From: Macrostomum hystrix
Taxonomy: Eukaryota > Animalia > Platyhelminthes
DNA: 64,000 bases
Direction: 5' to 3'
Assembly: GCA_950097015.1 (NCBI GenBank)
Contig: CATNEN010000030.1
Coordinates: 3,162,001-3,226,000, forward strand
Shown: one piece after another, positions 11,723-24,609 of the stretch
How positions within the stretch are numbered: position 1 is the first letter of the stretch
How the letters are laid out: every line of letters starts with the position of its first letter
The notes under the pieces: generated by a model
What the model was told of the DNA's origin: nothing
The model's input: the letters and a program-made list of their open reading frames with translations, nothing else
The model's database searches: none
Made by a program: the position numbers and the translations under genes

Positions 11723-13123
11723 TTAGTCGTCCTCCGGACAGAAAATTTCAGCGGCCTCTTCAAGGACCTTCTGCGGATTGGCCAGCTTGATCTGAAATAA
11801 ATGTTTTTCTTTGCTATAATACTTGCGTGTACTCGTTGGCTCTGTAATTGAAATAACCTAATTATAATAACTTGAAATAATAATAATTGATTTCAATTGC
11901 CCCCATTGGGTCAGATGTGCAGCCAACAGCATAGCCGCAGTTATTGGGCGGCGCATCTGAAAGCTGCATACAGCTGATCAGTCCATGGACTGGGCGCACG
12001 CCACACCCATCTTCAATTAGCCCAGCTAATGCTAGTATCCATTTAACAGCTGGGTGAACTGAAGCATTGCAGAGGGAAGTGTTTTGCTAAAGGGCACGAA
12101 TTGTTCCAGTGGAGTCGGGAATCGAACCCTCGACCATCAAGTAGTGAGTACGACGCTCTAACCACTAGGCTACAGCCTCCCCTGTATACCAAATTGTACA
12201 TAAAAAATAAGCTTAAGCCATTGGCACAGCCAATGCGCTGAATATAGCTGTACAGTCTGTGGACTGTAGGGACCCCAAATTCGCCAGATGTTTATAACTG
12301 CTATTCATGCGCCCTTACGAGGAATTCGCGCAGATATTCAAAGAGCTCTACTATTAGTAAGCTATAAGCTACACCGCTTACATCGACTGTCATTAAAAAT
12401 CTATTAAAAAGCCAATATTTTTCCATATCTTGCTCTAGACTGGACACTGTAATTGTAGTTCCCAGTTCAGTTACCTACCTCCGCAATTGGAAACTGCGTA
12501 GGATTGGCGGCCTCCTCGCGTCCGAAGTCGCTCATAGCGCCGCACTTGGCCACATCGTCCTTCCAGACGCCCTCGTAGATCTGGCCAGTGCTGAGATAGT
12601 AGAACTTGCCGGGCCCATTCTTTTTATCTTCGCGCCATTCGCCCTCGTAGCGATTCTCATTTGGCAGCCGCAGCATGCCCTGGCCCGAGCGCTGATCGTT
12701 CAACCATTCACCTTCGTACACGGAGCCGTCTGCGTAGTACATCCGGCCCCAGCCGCTACGCTTATCGGCGTAGAATTCGCCTTCGTAATATTCATTCTCG
12801 GCGTACCAATTCTCGCCGTAGCCGTGCCGTCTGTCGGCCTTCCAGCCGCCCGAGTATTGCTTCTTGTAGCCGGCGCCGTTGGCCAGCGGCACGCTGTAGA
12901 CGCCGAAGCCGCATCGTCGGCCGTCGCGCCAATCGCCTTCGTACATGGCGCCGGTGTCTTTCCACATCTGGGTGCCCCGGCCGTGCTTCTTATTGGCTTG
13001 CCATTCGCCTGTGTACTCGTCACCACGGACAGAATAGATGGTATTGCGCAGGCCGGCCTTGTCCGCCTTGCGATCCCACTCCTTCCACAGCGGCTCTGAT
13101 TGGTTGTCGCGCTTTAGCTGCAT
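11723..13123 (-). CDS. MORN3: MORN repeat-containing protein 3, 2 exons, about 237 aa
   Basis: Exons 13123-12479 and 11791-11723 (phase 0, GT-AG). Tandem YxGxW...GxG MORN repeats, N-terminal LWKEWDRKA and C-terminal PIAE|IKLANPQKVLEEA resemble MORN3. Confidence 0.88.
11880..12180 (-). mobile_element. tRNA-derived SINE with a CORE-like central segment, in the MORN3 intron
   Basis: Minus strand carries A-box TAGCCTAGTGG, B-box GGTTCGATTCC, then GTGCCCTTAGCAAAACACTT...GTTCACCCAGCTGTTAAATGG and an (ATT)n-like tail. Related copies at 47050-47107 and 48937-49084. Confidence 0.75.
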
Positions 13124-13256
13124 CGCCCCCCGATGACTGCTGCCGGCCTGCAATTTCAACAGCGCTTTAAATTTTTCTTTGTAGCCTACTATGAGTAGCT
13201 AAGTATGTAAAATTTTCGAATGCTAATGTGAGGACGACCTTGAGAATCACCCGGCT

Positions 13257-13271
13257 GTTTCCATTGGTAAG
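13257..13271. promoter_or_regulatory. X-box-like site upstream of MORN3
   Basis: GTTTCCATTGGTAAG, about 135 bp upstream of the MORN3 ATG. It is an imperfect match. Confidence 0.3.
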
Positions 13272-13921
13272 AAAACGCTGATATCAGGGAGCTTGTAGCT
13301 TTGCCGATAGGTCATGAGTTCGAATCTTAGCCTAAGGAAAGCTAAGCGCCGCGCAATAGCTGCGACTGTGCCATTGTCTGTTCACGTCGCCTATACGAGT
13401 GCAGTTTCTTGTTCTATTATATCTTGCTCAGAGCCATTACATAATGTGTTAACTTCATAATCTCTTAAAAGTACAAGAAGACAGGATTAGGACATATTTG
13501 GCAAAGTAATGCACGTGTATTCAACAGGTGTAATGCAATATTAGTTACTTTTTTTACAGAAAAATAACTGCCGAACAATACTCAACGAACATGCATGCGT
13601 ACGGGTACAATGGACAAGATTCGTGTAAGCAGCAACACAAATGAAATAAAATAAGCTTGCATGAAGGTCAAACGATGAAAGTTAGAAGCACATTCGATTA
13701 AACAAATGATTCCATAACGTACGAAGTAACTTAAAAACTTTTAAACTAATTATGCCGAAGTAACTTTCCTATTTAGTAGCAAGTTTTCATCCGGTGATTA
13801 TGGCGAAATAATAAATTAAACTCGCATAAAGTGATAGTGATTAGAAGGAGAATGTAGCACAATAATTGGCAGTAACTGTGCACCCTTATTAACAAGACAA
13901 TTTTCTTCTTTTTATTACAGT

Positions 13922-14952
13922 CCCGCCTGGACTTTGGTCCGCTTATTTGTCCGATTCCCATCCGATATTTGACCGATTTCCGTACGAAATTCAGAAGCGG
14001 ACAAAATTCACCCGGTTTTCGTCCGATTTCGACGTCGTACGAAGCTGCGGACCAAATATCGGGCGAATCATCCGCTTCTTTTTGATGTTTCGTCCGAATT
14101 TCATTCGATTTCTCGTCCGCTTCCATTCCAGGCCAAAAAGCGGACGAGAAAGTGGACGAGAAAGCGGATGAATTTAGGATGAGGGAAAAATTTGTCCGAT
14201 CTGTCGTCCGGTTTTTTATCCGACTGTTTGTCCGCTCCAATTTCAGAAAAATGCGTGCAGGCCGATACTTTGTGAACTGTATAAATTCTTTCGCTCTTGT
14301 TTGCGTTCGGTACTGTATTCAGCGTTGGCTTAAGCCACGTTTTTTTAAAACGCTTCGTTATTGCAATTATTTCAACTGTACCATTTTGTGCTCACTTTTG
14401 ACACTATTGTTAAATAATAACTGAACCAATTCTGCTATGCAAGTAGCAGCCTTGACCTTCCGATCCTTTTCAACAGCCTTAAATAATCTTAAAATCAGTA
14501 TTTACATAGGTGCCGTCATTTAATATTAGTAAGTAATAATTATATAGTAATAATAGTAATAATTAATAGATAAAATAAGTAATAAATAATAAATTTAAAA
14601 AAAAATAAATAAATAAATAGTAAGTAATAAAATAAATAAATAATTTGATCCGCCTGCTCGTCTGAATCGCCAAATGAAGCGATTTGGTCCGCATTTCACC
14701 CGCTTTTAATCCGCCTGCTCGTCCGATTTGTTTAGTCAGTGCTAAAGTGAAACGGACGAAGCATCGGCAGATAAACGGATCAAACACCGGACTAACGAGC
14801 GGACGAACGTCACGTGAGGTGAAGTTTTCGTCCGCTTTCGTAACTTTTCGTCCGCTTCGTCCGATTTTTCCTTATGGAAAAAATACATTATCAACCGGAC
14901 GAACTATCGGATAAGTGAGCGGACGAAAGAACCGGACCAAAGTCCAGGCGGG
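13922..14952. mobile_element. Non-autonomous TIR DNA transposon (MITE-like, CMC/EnSpm-type ends)
   Basis: Perfect 20-bp TIR CCCGCCTGGACTTTGGTCCG / CGGACCAAAGTCCAGGCGGG, flanked by GT on both sides (2-bp TSD). Dense GTCCG/CGGAC subterminal motifs occur in both orientations. No transposase ORF. Confidence 0.8.
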
Positions 14953-14989
14953 GTAGTAATAGTAAATAGTATACTAGTAAACATAAAAT

Positions 14990-16857
14990 CCTTCAGGACC
15001 GGAGGAGAACCATATCCGCATACTTATGGTTCCTGAATTCCACCCTGAAGTGATCTTGAATTTCCATAGTGACTTGGTTTCTTCAGGGCTGAAGTAATCT
15101 TGAATTCCATACTGATTTGGATTTTTCAGGACCTGAAATGATCCTGAATTCCATACAGATTTGGATTCTTCAGGACCTGAAATAATCCTGAATTCCGTAC
15201 AGATTTGAATTCTTCAGGACCTGAAATGATCCTGAATTCCATACTGATTTGGATTTTTCAGGACCTGAAATGATCCTGAATTCCATACTGATTTGGATTC
15301 TTCAGGACCTGAAGTAATCCTGAATTCCATACAGATTTGGATTCTTCAGGACCTGAAATAATCCTGAATTCCGTACAGATTTGAATTCTTCAGGACCTGA
15401 AATGATCCTGAATTCCATACTAATTTGGATTCTTCAGGACCTGAAATGATCCTGAATTCCATACTGATTTGGATTCTTCAGGACCTGAAATGATCCTGAA
15501 TTCCATACTGATTTGGATTCTTCAGGACCTGGAATGATCCTGAATTCCATACTGATTTGGATTTTTCAGGACCTGAAGTAATCCTGAATTCCATACTGCT
15601 CTGGATTCTTCAGGACCTGGAATGATCCTGAATTTCATACTGATTTGGATTCTTCAGGACCTGAAATGATCTTGAATTCCATACTGATTTGGATTCTTCA
15701 GGATCTGAAGTAATCCTGAATTCCATACTGCTTTGGATTCTTCAGGACCTGGAATGATCCTGAATTTCATACTGATTTGGATTCTTCAGGACCTGAAATA
15801 ATCCTGAATTCCGTACAGATTTGAATTCTTCAGGACCTGAAATGATCCTGAATTCCATACTGATTTGGATTTTTCAGGACCTGAAATGATCCTGAATTCC
15901 ATACTGATTTGGATTCTTCAGGACCTGAAATGATCCTGAATTCCATACTGATTTGGATTCTTCAGGACCTGAAATAATCCTGAATTCCGTACAGATTTGA
16001 ATTCTTCAGGACCTGAAATGATCCTGAATTCCATACTGATTTGGATTTTTCAGGACCTGAAATGATCCTGAATTCCATACTGATTTGGATTTTTCAGGAC
16101 CTGAAATGATCCTGAATTCCATACAGATTTGGATTCTTCAGGACCTGAAGTAATCCTGAATTCCGTACAGATTTGAATTCTTCAGGACCTGAAATGATCC
16201 TGAATTCCGTACAGATTTGAATTCTTCAGGACCTGAAATGATCCTGAATTCCATACTGATTTGGATTCTTCAGGACCTGAAATGATCCTGAATTCCATAC
16301 TGATTTGGATTCTTCAGGACCTGGAATGATCCTGAATTCCATACTGATTTGGATTCTTCAGGACCTGAAGTAATCCTGAATTCCATACTGCTTTGGATTC
16401 TTCAGGACCTGGAATGATCCTGAATTCCATACTGATTTGGATTCTTCAGGACCTGAAGTAATCCTGAATTCCATACTGCTTTGGATTCTTCAGGACCTGG
16501 AATGATCCTGAATTCCATACTGATTTGGATTCTTCAGGACCTGAAGTAATCCTGAATTCCATACTGATTTGGATTCTTCAGGACCTGAAATGATCTTGAA
16601 TTCCATACTGCTTTGGATTCTTCAGGACCTGGAATGATCCTGAATTTCATACTGATTTGGATTCTTCAGGACCTGGAATGATCCTGAATTCCATACTGAT
16701 TTGGATTCTTCAGGATCTGAAGTAATCCTGAATTCCATACTGCTTTGGATTCTTCAGGACCTGGAATGATCCTGAATTTCATACTGATTTGGATTCTTCA
16801 GGACCTGGAATGATCCTGAATTCCATACTGATTTGGATTCTTCAGGACCTGAAGTAG
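14990..16857. repeat. 44-bp minisatellite, about 42 copies, with internal dyad symmetry
   Basis: Unit GGACCTGAAATGATCCTGAATTCCATACTGATTTGGATTCTTCA, containing TTCAGG-A-CCTGAA across the unit junction. It ends about 85 bp from the CDC40 stop codon. Confidence 0.97.
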
Positions 16858-16942
16858 TTCTCGATTACATATCTCTATAGCCATCTCAACCCCCTAAAGT
16901 AAAAAAATGGGAAGCAATAGTGAGTCCCAGACAGGTGGAGCC

Positions 16943-19900
16943 TCAGTCCCACAGTCGAATAGCGCCGTCCCAACCAGAAGTGACCACTTTGCTGGTCTCA
17001 TGAGGCAGCCAGGCAGACGAGACGCAGGGGCCGTCGTGCGCCTTCCACCTAGTTAGAATGCGCTGCTTCTTCCAGTCCCAGATGAACAATTTGCCGTCGC
17101 CATCGCCTGACATCAGAAATTTCATATCCGGCGAGAAGTCAATGGAACAGGCGTAGCCGGCTGCCATGTGACCTTTGAAGCACTTCTTTTTCATCTGTTT
17201 CATGCCTTTGAATACGTTGAAGACCACAATCTGATTGTCCAGGGACTGGCAGACCAGCCATTTGCCATTCGGACTGAGTGTCACAGCCGGCATTGAGTGC
17301 ATTGCCGGATCGCTGATGTTATTGAAATCAACGGGAATGTCCCATTCCCACATGCGCAAGCTCTTATCGTCGGACGTTGATACAAAGCGCTTATTATCGT
17401 CAATGAAGGTGATGGTGTTCACGGAGCCCAGGTGCCGGTCGTATTCTTGCGTCACCTGGCCAGTTCGCGTGTCCATACAGATGATCTTCTTATTGTTGCA
17501 GCCGGCCAAAAAGAAATTCGCCTTATCCGGGTCCGGATTGAATTTGACGCAGTAGGGCACGTGGCCGAGGTCCCAGCGATCTACGCACTTGCCCGTCTCC
17601 GTGTCCCACAGCTTCACGTAGCGATCGTAGGAGGCCGACAGGAACTGGGTGCCGTCATGACTGCGGAGGGGATGGTTTATAGGGGATTTGATTGAGCTTG
17701 CGGTTGCGTTACTGAGTATCCGGGCCAGAAAACGTGACTTAATATCCCAGAACAAGTACTCGTAATCACGTGACTAAACACCATACAACAAGAAATCACG
17801 TGACTAAACACCATACAACAAGAAATCACGTGACTAAACACCATACAACAAGAAATCACGTGACTAAACACCATACAACAAGAAATCACGTGACTAAACA
17901 CCATACAACAAGAAATCACGTGACTAAACACCATACAACAAGAAATCACGGGACTAAACACCATACAACAAGAAATCACGTGACTAAATATCCGAAAACC
18001 AGAAATTACGTGATTAAATATCCCAAAACAAGTGAAAATGTGACTAAATATCCCAAAAACAGTAATAATGTGACTAAATATCCCAAAGCCAGAAATCCCG
18101 TGACTAAATATCCCAAAACCAGTAATCACGTGACTAAATATCCCAAAACCAGTAATCACGTGACTAAATATCCCAGAACCAGAAATCACGCGACTAAATA
18201 TTCCAAAACCAGAAATTACGTGACTAAATATCACAAAGGTCAAATATCTCAAAAGCCAAAAGGCACGTGACTAAATATCCCAAAAATCACACGACTGATT
18301 ATCCGACAATTAGACTGTGAAATTACTAAACTGGATAATCTAGCACTATAATTTAAGTTAGCAAAAGCAATATACCTGAAGCAGGCGTCCCGAACAGCCT
18401 GCCTATGCCCGGCATAGGTGCGCAACACTCGCCGATCCTTGTACAATTCGAACAATTTGAGTTTGGAATCCATGCCGGCTGACAACAGCAGATGGCCGGT
18501 GCGCGGGAACAGCCGAATGGCGGCCACACCGCGCGCGTGAGCGCCGACCCACTCGTGCAGCTGCCGCTTGGGCAGGAAGCACTTCTTGGGACCCTCGTCC
18601 GAGCGAAGATTCACGCCGGCGTCCCGTGGCGGCTCCAGCAGGCTGCGGCCCTGGTAGTCGGTCATGGCTGGCACGTGCATAGTGGACTTCTCCTCGATTG
18701 GCGTCTCCTCTGGGCGCTTCTTGCTGCGAGCCTTCTTAGCCAAGTACTCCTGCGAATTTTATTGCAATTCTCAAATCGATTGATCAAACCGATAGCAAAT
18801 AAGATGGGGCGGAAAGCCGTAGAAGATTGAATGAAGATGGGGCGGAAAGCCGTAGAAGATTGAATGAAGATGGAGCGGAAAGCTGTAGAAAATTGAATGA
18901 AGATGGGGCGGAAAGCCGAAGAAAACTAAATGAAGATGGGGCGGAAAGCCGTAGAAGATTGAATGAAGATGGGGCGGAAAGCCGAAGAAAACTAAATGAA
19001 GATGGGGAGGAAAGCCGTAGAAGATTGAATGAAAATGGGGCGGAAAGCCGTAGAAGATTGAATGAAGATGGGGAGGAAAGCCGTAGAAGATTGAATGAAG
19101 ATGGGGAGGAAAGCCGTAGAAGATTGAATGAAAATGGGGCGGAAAGCCGTAAAAGATTGAATGAAGATGGGGAGGAAAGCCGTAGAAGATTGAATGAAGA
19201 TGGGGAGGAAAGCCGTAGAAGATTGAATGAAGATGGGGAGGAAAGCCGTAAAAGATTGAATGAAGATGGGGCGGAAAGCCGTAAAAGATTGAATGAAGAT
19301 GGGGCGGAAAGCCGTAGAAGATTGAATGAAGATGGGGCGGAAAGCCGTAGAAGATTGAATGAAGATGGGGCGGAGAGCAGAAAAAAATAAATCAAGATGG
19401 GAAATGCATAAAGCAGTACCAGGAAATTAAGGCTAAGTTATAAAATATGAAATGAAATGCGGGATTTAAATGAGGGCTTGAGCTTATGAGAATTTATGAA
19501 GCGGAAATAGCTAACCTGCATGTACTCTTTGTCCTCCTCAGGTGGGGCTGACACCAACCGCTCGTCAACAAACTTGCCCCAGGGTCCCAGGTAGCCTTCA
19601 ATATCGCCCGGATCGTAATTAGTTTTCCGCTTTCGCGCATCGCCAGGCCGTTTTTTGACTCCTTCAAACACGGTGACGCCGCCGCTAGCGACGCCGCGCG
19701 CCGTGTTGCCAATGAGGTCGGCTTCGGTGGCGTCGGCGCCAACGCTGGGATTGGCGGCGTAGCCGTAGCTGTGAAAGGTTCTCCGCTGAGTTTCAAAATG
19801 AAAGTCGCTCATGTGGCTGGGCTCAACAAAGCCGGTTAGCGTGTTCTTTGGTGCGTTAGATTTGCCCGGCAACTGGGGACCCAGCACTGTCGCGAACAGC

Positions 19901-20145
19901 TCGTCAGCCTTGGGATTGAAGGCCAGCTCCTTGCAGGTTGGATCCAGAGCTGGCCGGGAGTCCCTGGTGGCCTGCTCAATGCCGCTAACATCGGGCGTGA
20001 GATCGAGTTTCGGCACTAGAGCACTGTGAGTCAGGGGTCGAGTTGTCAGGGGTATTGTTGGCGCAGGCGGCGCCTCCGAATCTGCCCTTGAATCGTCGCC
20101 CGAGTCGGACGACGCGTCGTAGGACACCAGCGAGGCGGCTGCCAT
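16943..20145 (-). CDS. CDC40: Pre-mRNA-processing factor 17 (WD40 repeat), 3 exons, about 573 aa
   Basis: Exons 20145-19516, 18749-18376, 17660-16943 (phases 0 and 2, GT-AG). Motifs FHFETQRRTFHSYGYA, CFLPKRQLHEW, FLSASYDRYVKLWDTETG and WLPHETSKVVTSGWDG. Confidence 0.93.
17761..18285. repeat. 30-bp minisatellite in CDC40 intron 2
   Basis: Unit AAATCACGTGACTAAACACCATACAACAAG, containing the palindrome TCACGTGA. It grades into a diverged variant on the right. Confidence 0.93.
18800..19380. repeat. 33-bp purine-rich minisatellite in CDC40 intron 1
   Basis: Unit AAGATGGGGCGGAAAGCCGTAGAAGATTGAATG. Confidence 0.95.
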
Positions 20146-20314
20146 GCCTGTCTGCTTGGTGACGCAGTCGGTGTCTGTCTCAATTACTTAGGCTAATAGC
20201 GTCGAGCACCGCTTTCAGCAAAGAAATAAGTTCGGCTGAAAAAAAAGTCGGTTGAGTATTAAAAATTCTGGATCTTAGAACGGAAATAAATTGTCAGACT
20301 CAAAATCGATTCTC

Positions 20315-23300
20315 AAGGAATCTGGACGTTGATATGGGTATATATGCTCAAGGAATCTAGATGTTGTTGAGCCCAGGTACTCAAGGAATCTGGATGTTGT
20401 TGAGCCCAGGTGCTCAAGGAATCTGGATGTTGTTGAGCCCAGGTGCTCAAGGAATCTGGATGTTGTTGAGCCCAGGTGCTCAAGGAATCTGGATGTTGCT
20501 GAGCCCAGGTACTCAAGGAATCTGGATGTTGTTGAGCCCAGGTGCTCAAGGAATCTGGATGTTGTTGAGCCCAGGTGCTTTAAGGAATCTGGAAGTTGTT
20601 GAGCCCAGGTGCTCAAGGAATCTGGATGTTGTTGAGCCCAGGTGCTCAAGGAATCTGGATGTTGTTGAGCCAAGGTACTCAAGGAATCTGGATGTTGTTG
20701 AGCCCAGGTGCTCAAAGAATCTGGATGTTGTTGAGCCCAGATGCTCAAGGTACCTGGATGCTGATAAGAGTATATGCTCAAGGAATCTGGATGTTGTTGA
20801 GCCCAGATGCTCAAGGTATCAAGATGCTGATAAGGGTATATGATCAAGGAATCTGGATGTTGTTGAGCCCAGATGCTCAAGGTATCAAGATGCTGATAAG
20901 AGTATATGCTCAAGGAATCTGGATGTTGTTGAGCCCAGATGCTCAAAGTATCAAGATGCTGATAATAGTATATGCTCAAGGAATGTGGATGTTGTTGAGT
21001 CCAGATGCATAAGGTATCTGGATGCTGATAAGAGTATATGCTCAAGGAATCTGGATGTTGTTGAGCCCAGATGCTCAAAGTATCAAGATGCTGATAATAG
21101 TATATGCTCAAGGAATCTGGATGTTATGGAGCCCAGGTGCTCAAGGAATCTGGATGCAGATAATAGTATATCCTCAAGGAATCTGGATGTTGTTGAGCCC
21201 AGATGCTCAAAGTATCAAGATGCTGATAATAGTATATGCTCAAGGAATCTGGATGTTATGGAGCCCAGGTGCTCAAGGAATCTGGATGCAGATAATAGTA
21301 TATGCTCAAGGAATCTGGATGTTGTTGAGCCCAGATGCTCAAGGTATCAAGATGCTGATAAGAGTATATGCTCAAGGAATCTGGATGTTGTTGAGCCCAG
21401 ATGCTCAAAGTATCAAGATGCTGATAATAGTATATGCTCAAGGAATCTGGATGTTATGGAGCCCAGGTGCTCAAGGAATCTGGATGCAGATAATAGTATA
21501 TGCTCAAGGAATCTGGATGTTGTTGAGCCCAGATGCTCAAGGTATCAAGATGCTGATAAGAGTATATGCTCAAGGAATCTGGATGTTGTTGAGCCCAGAT
21601 GCTCAAAGTATCAAGATGCTGATAATAGTATATGCTCAAGGAATCTGGATGTTATGGAGCCCAGGTGCTCAAGGAATCTGGATGCAGATAATAGTATATG
21701 CTCAAGGAATGTGGATGTTGTTGAGTCCAGATGCTCAAGGAATCTGGATGCTGATAATAGTATATGCTCAAGGAATCTGGATGTTGTTGAGCCCAGATGC
21801 TCAAGGTATCAAGATGCTGATAATAGTATATCCTCAAGGAATCTGGATGTTGTTGAGTCCAGATGCTCAAGGAATCTGGATGCTGGTAAGAGTATATGCT
21901 CAAGGAATCTGGATGTTGTTGAGCCCAGATGCTCAAAGTATCAAGATGCTGATAATAGTATATGCTCAAGGAATCTGGATGTTATGGAGCCCAGGTGCTC
22001 AAGGAATCTGGATGCAGATAATAGTATATGCTCAAGGAATGTGGATGTTGTTGAGTCCAGATGCTTAAGGTATCTGGATGCTGATAATAGTATATGCTCA
22101 AGGAATCTGGATGTTGTTGAGCCCAGATGCTCAAGGTATCAAGATGCTGATAATAGTATATCCTCAAGGAATCTGGATGTTGTTGAGTCCAGATGCTCAA
22201 GGAATCTGGATGCTGGTAAGAGTATATGCTCAAGGAATCTGGATGTTGTTGAGCCCAGATGCTCAAAGTATCAAGATGCTGATAATAGTATATGCTCAAG
22301 GAATGTGGATGTTGTTGAGTCCAGATGCTTAAGGTATCTGGATGCTGATAATAGTATATGCTCAAGGAATCTGGATGTTGTTGAGCCCAGATGCTCAAGG
22401 TATCAAGATGCTGATAAGAGTATATGCTCAAGGAATCTGGATGTTGTTGAGCCCAGATGCTCAAAGTATCAAGATGCTGATAATAGTATATGCTCAAGGA
22501 ATCTGGATGTTATGGAGCCCAGGTGCTCAAGGAATCTGGATGCAGATAATAGTATATGCTCAAGGAATGTGGATGTTGTTGAGTCCAGATGCTTAAGGTA
22601 TCTGGATGCTGATAATAGTATATGCTCAAGGAATCTGGATGTTGTTGAGCCCAGATGCTCAAGGTATCAAGATGCTGATAATAGTATATGCTCAAGGAAT
22701 CTGGATGTTGTTGAGCCCAGATGCTCAAGGTATCAAGATGCTGATAAGAGTATATGCTCAAGGAATCTGGATGTTGTTGAGCCCAGATGCTCAAGGTATC
22801 AAGATGCTGATAAGAGTATATCCTCAAGGAATCTGGATGTTGTTGAGCCCAGATGCTCAAAGTATCAAGATGCTGATAATAGTATATGCTCAAGGAATCT
22901 GGATGTTATGGAGCCCAGGTGCTCAAGGAATCTGGATGCAGATAATAGTATATGCTCAAGGAATGTGGATGTTGTTGAGTCCAGATGCTTAAGGTATCTG
23001 GATGCTGATAATAGTATATGCTCAAGGAATCTGGATGTTGTTGAGCCCAGATGCTCAAGGTATCAAGATGTTGATAATAGTATATGCTCAAGGAATCTGG
23101 ATGTTGTTGAGCCCAGATGCTCAAGGTATCAAGATGCTGATAAGAGTATATGCTCAAGGAATCTGGATGTTGTTGAGCCCAGATGCTCAAAGTATCAAGA
23201 TGCTGATAATAGTATATGCTCAAGGAATCTGGATGTTATGGAGCCCAGGTGCTCAAGGAATCTGGATGCAGATAATAGTATATGCTCAAGGAATGTGGAT

Positions 23301-23633
23301 GTTGTTGAGTCCAGATGCTTAAGGTATCTGGATGTTATGGAGCCCAGGTGCTCAAGGAATCTGGATGTTATGGAGCCCAGGTGCTCAAGGAATCTAGATG
23401 TTATGGAGCCCAGGTGCTGAAGGAATCTAGATGTTATGGAGCCCACGTGCTCAAGGAATCTAGATGTTATGGAGCCCAGGTGCTCAAGGAATCTAGATGT
23501 TATGGAGCCCAGGTGCTCAAGGAATCTAGATGTTATGGAGCCCACGTGCTCAAGGAATCTAGATGTTATGGAGCCCAGGTGCTCAAGGAATCTAGATGTT
23601 ATGGAGCCCAGGTGCTCAAGGAATCTGGATGTT
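20315..23633. repeat. 33-bp satellite with 66-bp dimers and higher-order blocks
   Basis: Monomer A CTCAAGGAATCTGGATGTTGTTGAGCCCAGATG alternates with monomer B CTCAAAGTATCAAGATGCTGATAATAGTATATG. Variants recur at multiples of 66 bp. Confidence 0.96.
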
Positions 23634-24609
23634 AGAAAATCATACAAAATAATTAAGTCAACTTTACTACAGTATTAAATCAAGTAACGCATAACAACCA
23701 AGGCTAACAACAATAACTAGTATTTTAATACGAAAATGAACTGCGCGGACTGCCGTATCAATAATTAGAAATCGGACAAGAAATGAGTACAAAAAGTAGT
23801 GTAGAGTACGTGTGGCTAAGAAAATGATTTCCTGGCACCAGTTGGACAGCAACCAAACAAGGAAGGCGTGAAGGAAAATATATAGCCGAAACCTATCATC
23901 TCCTCGCATCGCTGGCGCGGTAAAATACAGGAAGACAACAAAGGATAAAGCAGGTCTGATTAAAAATACTGACAAAAGTATTGAGAAAATTGATTATAGA
24001 AATACGACTAAGCAACAGCAGCAACAGTGACAGCGGAATAGATCGCATTGGACTAGAATCAATATATATATATATTATATTCCCAGTGGCCCTCATAAAG
24101 TAAGGCAAAATATCGACTGTTAAACACTTTCATTTTAGCTTTCAGCTCTATTCACAGTCTAACTCTGTCATGGTCTTCATTGTTTATTCAATTAGCAGAT
24201 TCTCTAAGCAAACCATAAGAATGCGAAAATGGGTTTTGAGTCTGATTACTGAGACTTTTGTATATAAAAAGTTAATAATCAGAGAAACAGATTGAGATGA
24301 TCAGGGTTAAGAGATTAATTAGGTAGCAAATTTTGATGCTGAATTCGGCTTTCAATTATGTACAGATTAATAAAACAAATTCGATAACAATTTTCCAACT
24401 AAAAAGTCTTCAAATAAGAAGGTTTTCCCAGACAAACAAAAAAGTAAAAAAACACCACATAGGTTTATGAAGATTCAAACTAAAAGACTAACATCTGACA
24501 CAATTAATATAGCTGATTATTTCATTTTAGGCTTGAGTAAAATCATTATCGTAGAAATAATGGGGTGGTTGGGTAATCCACACACAGATTATCGAGATCC
24601 TAACATGTT

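Noticed and set aside
12105-12180. Functional tRNA gene
   Set aside because: A and B boxes are present, but I could not fold a convincing anticodon arm or acceptor stem, and the sequence continues into a SINE body shared with other copies.
20985-23420. 811-aa Cys-rich repeat ORF as an adhesive or structural protein
   Set aside because: The unit length is a multiple of 3. The same frame has stops elsewhere in the array (about 20843 and 23420), and there is no signal peptide or unique flanking coding sequence.
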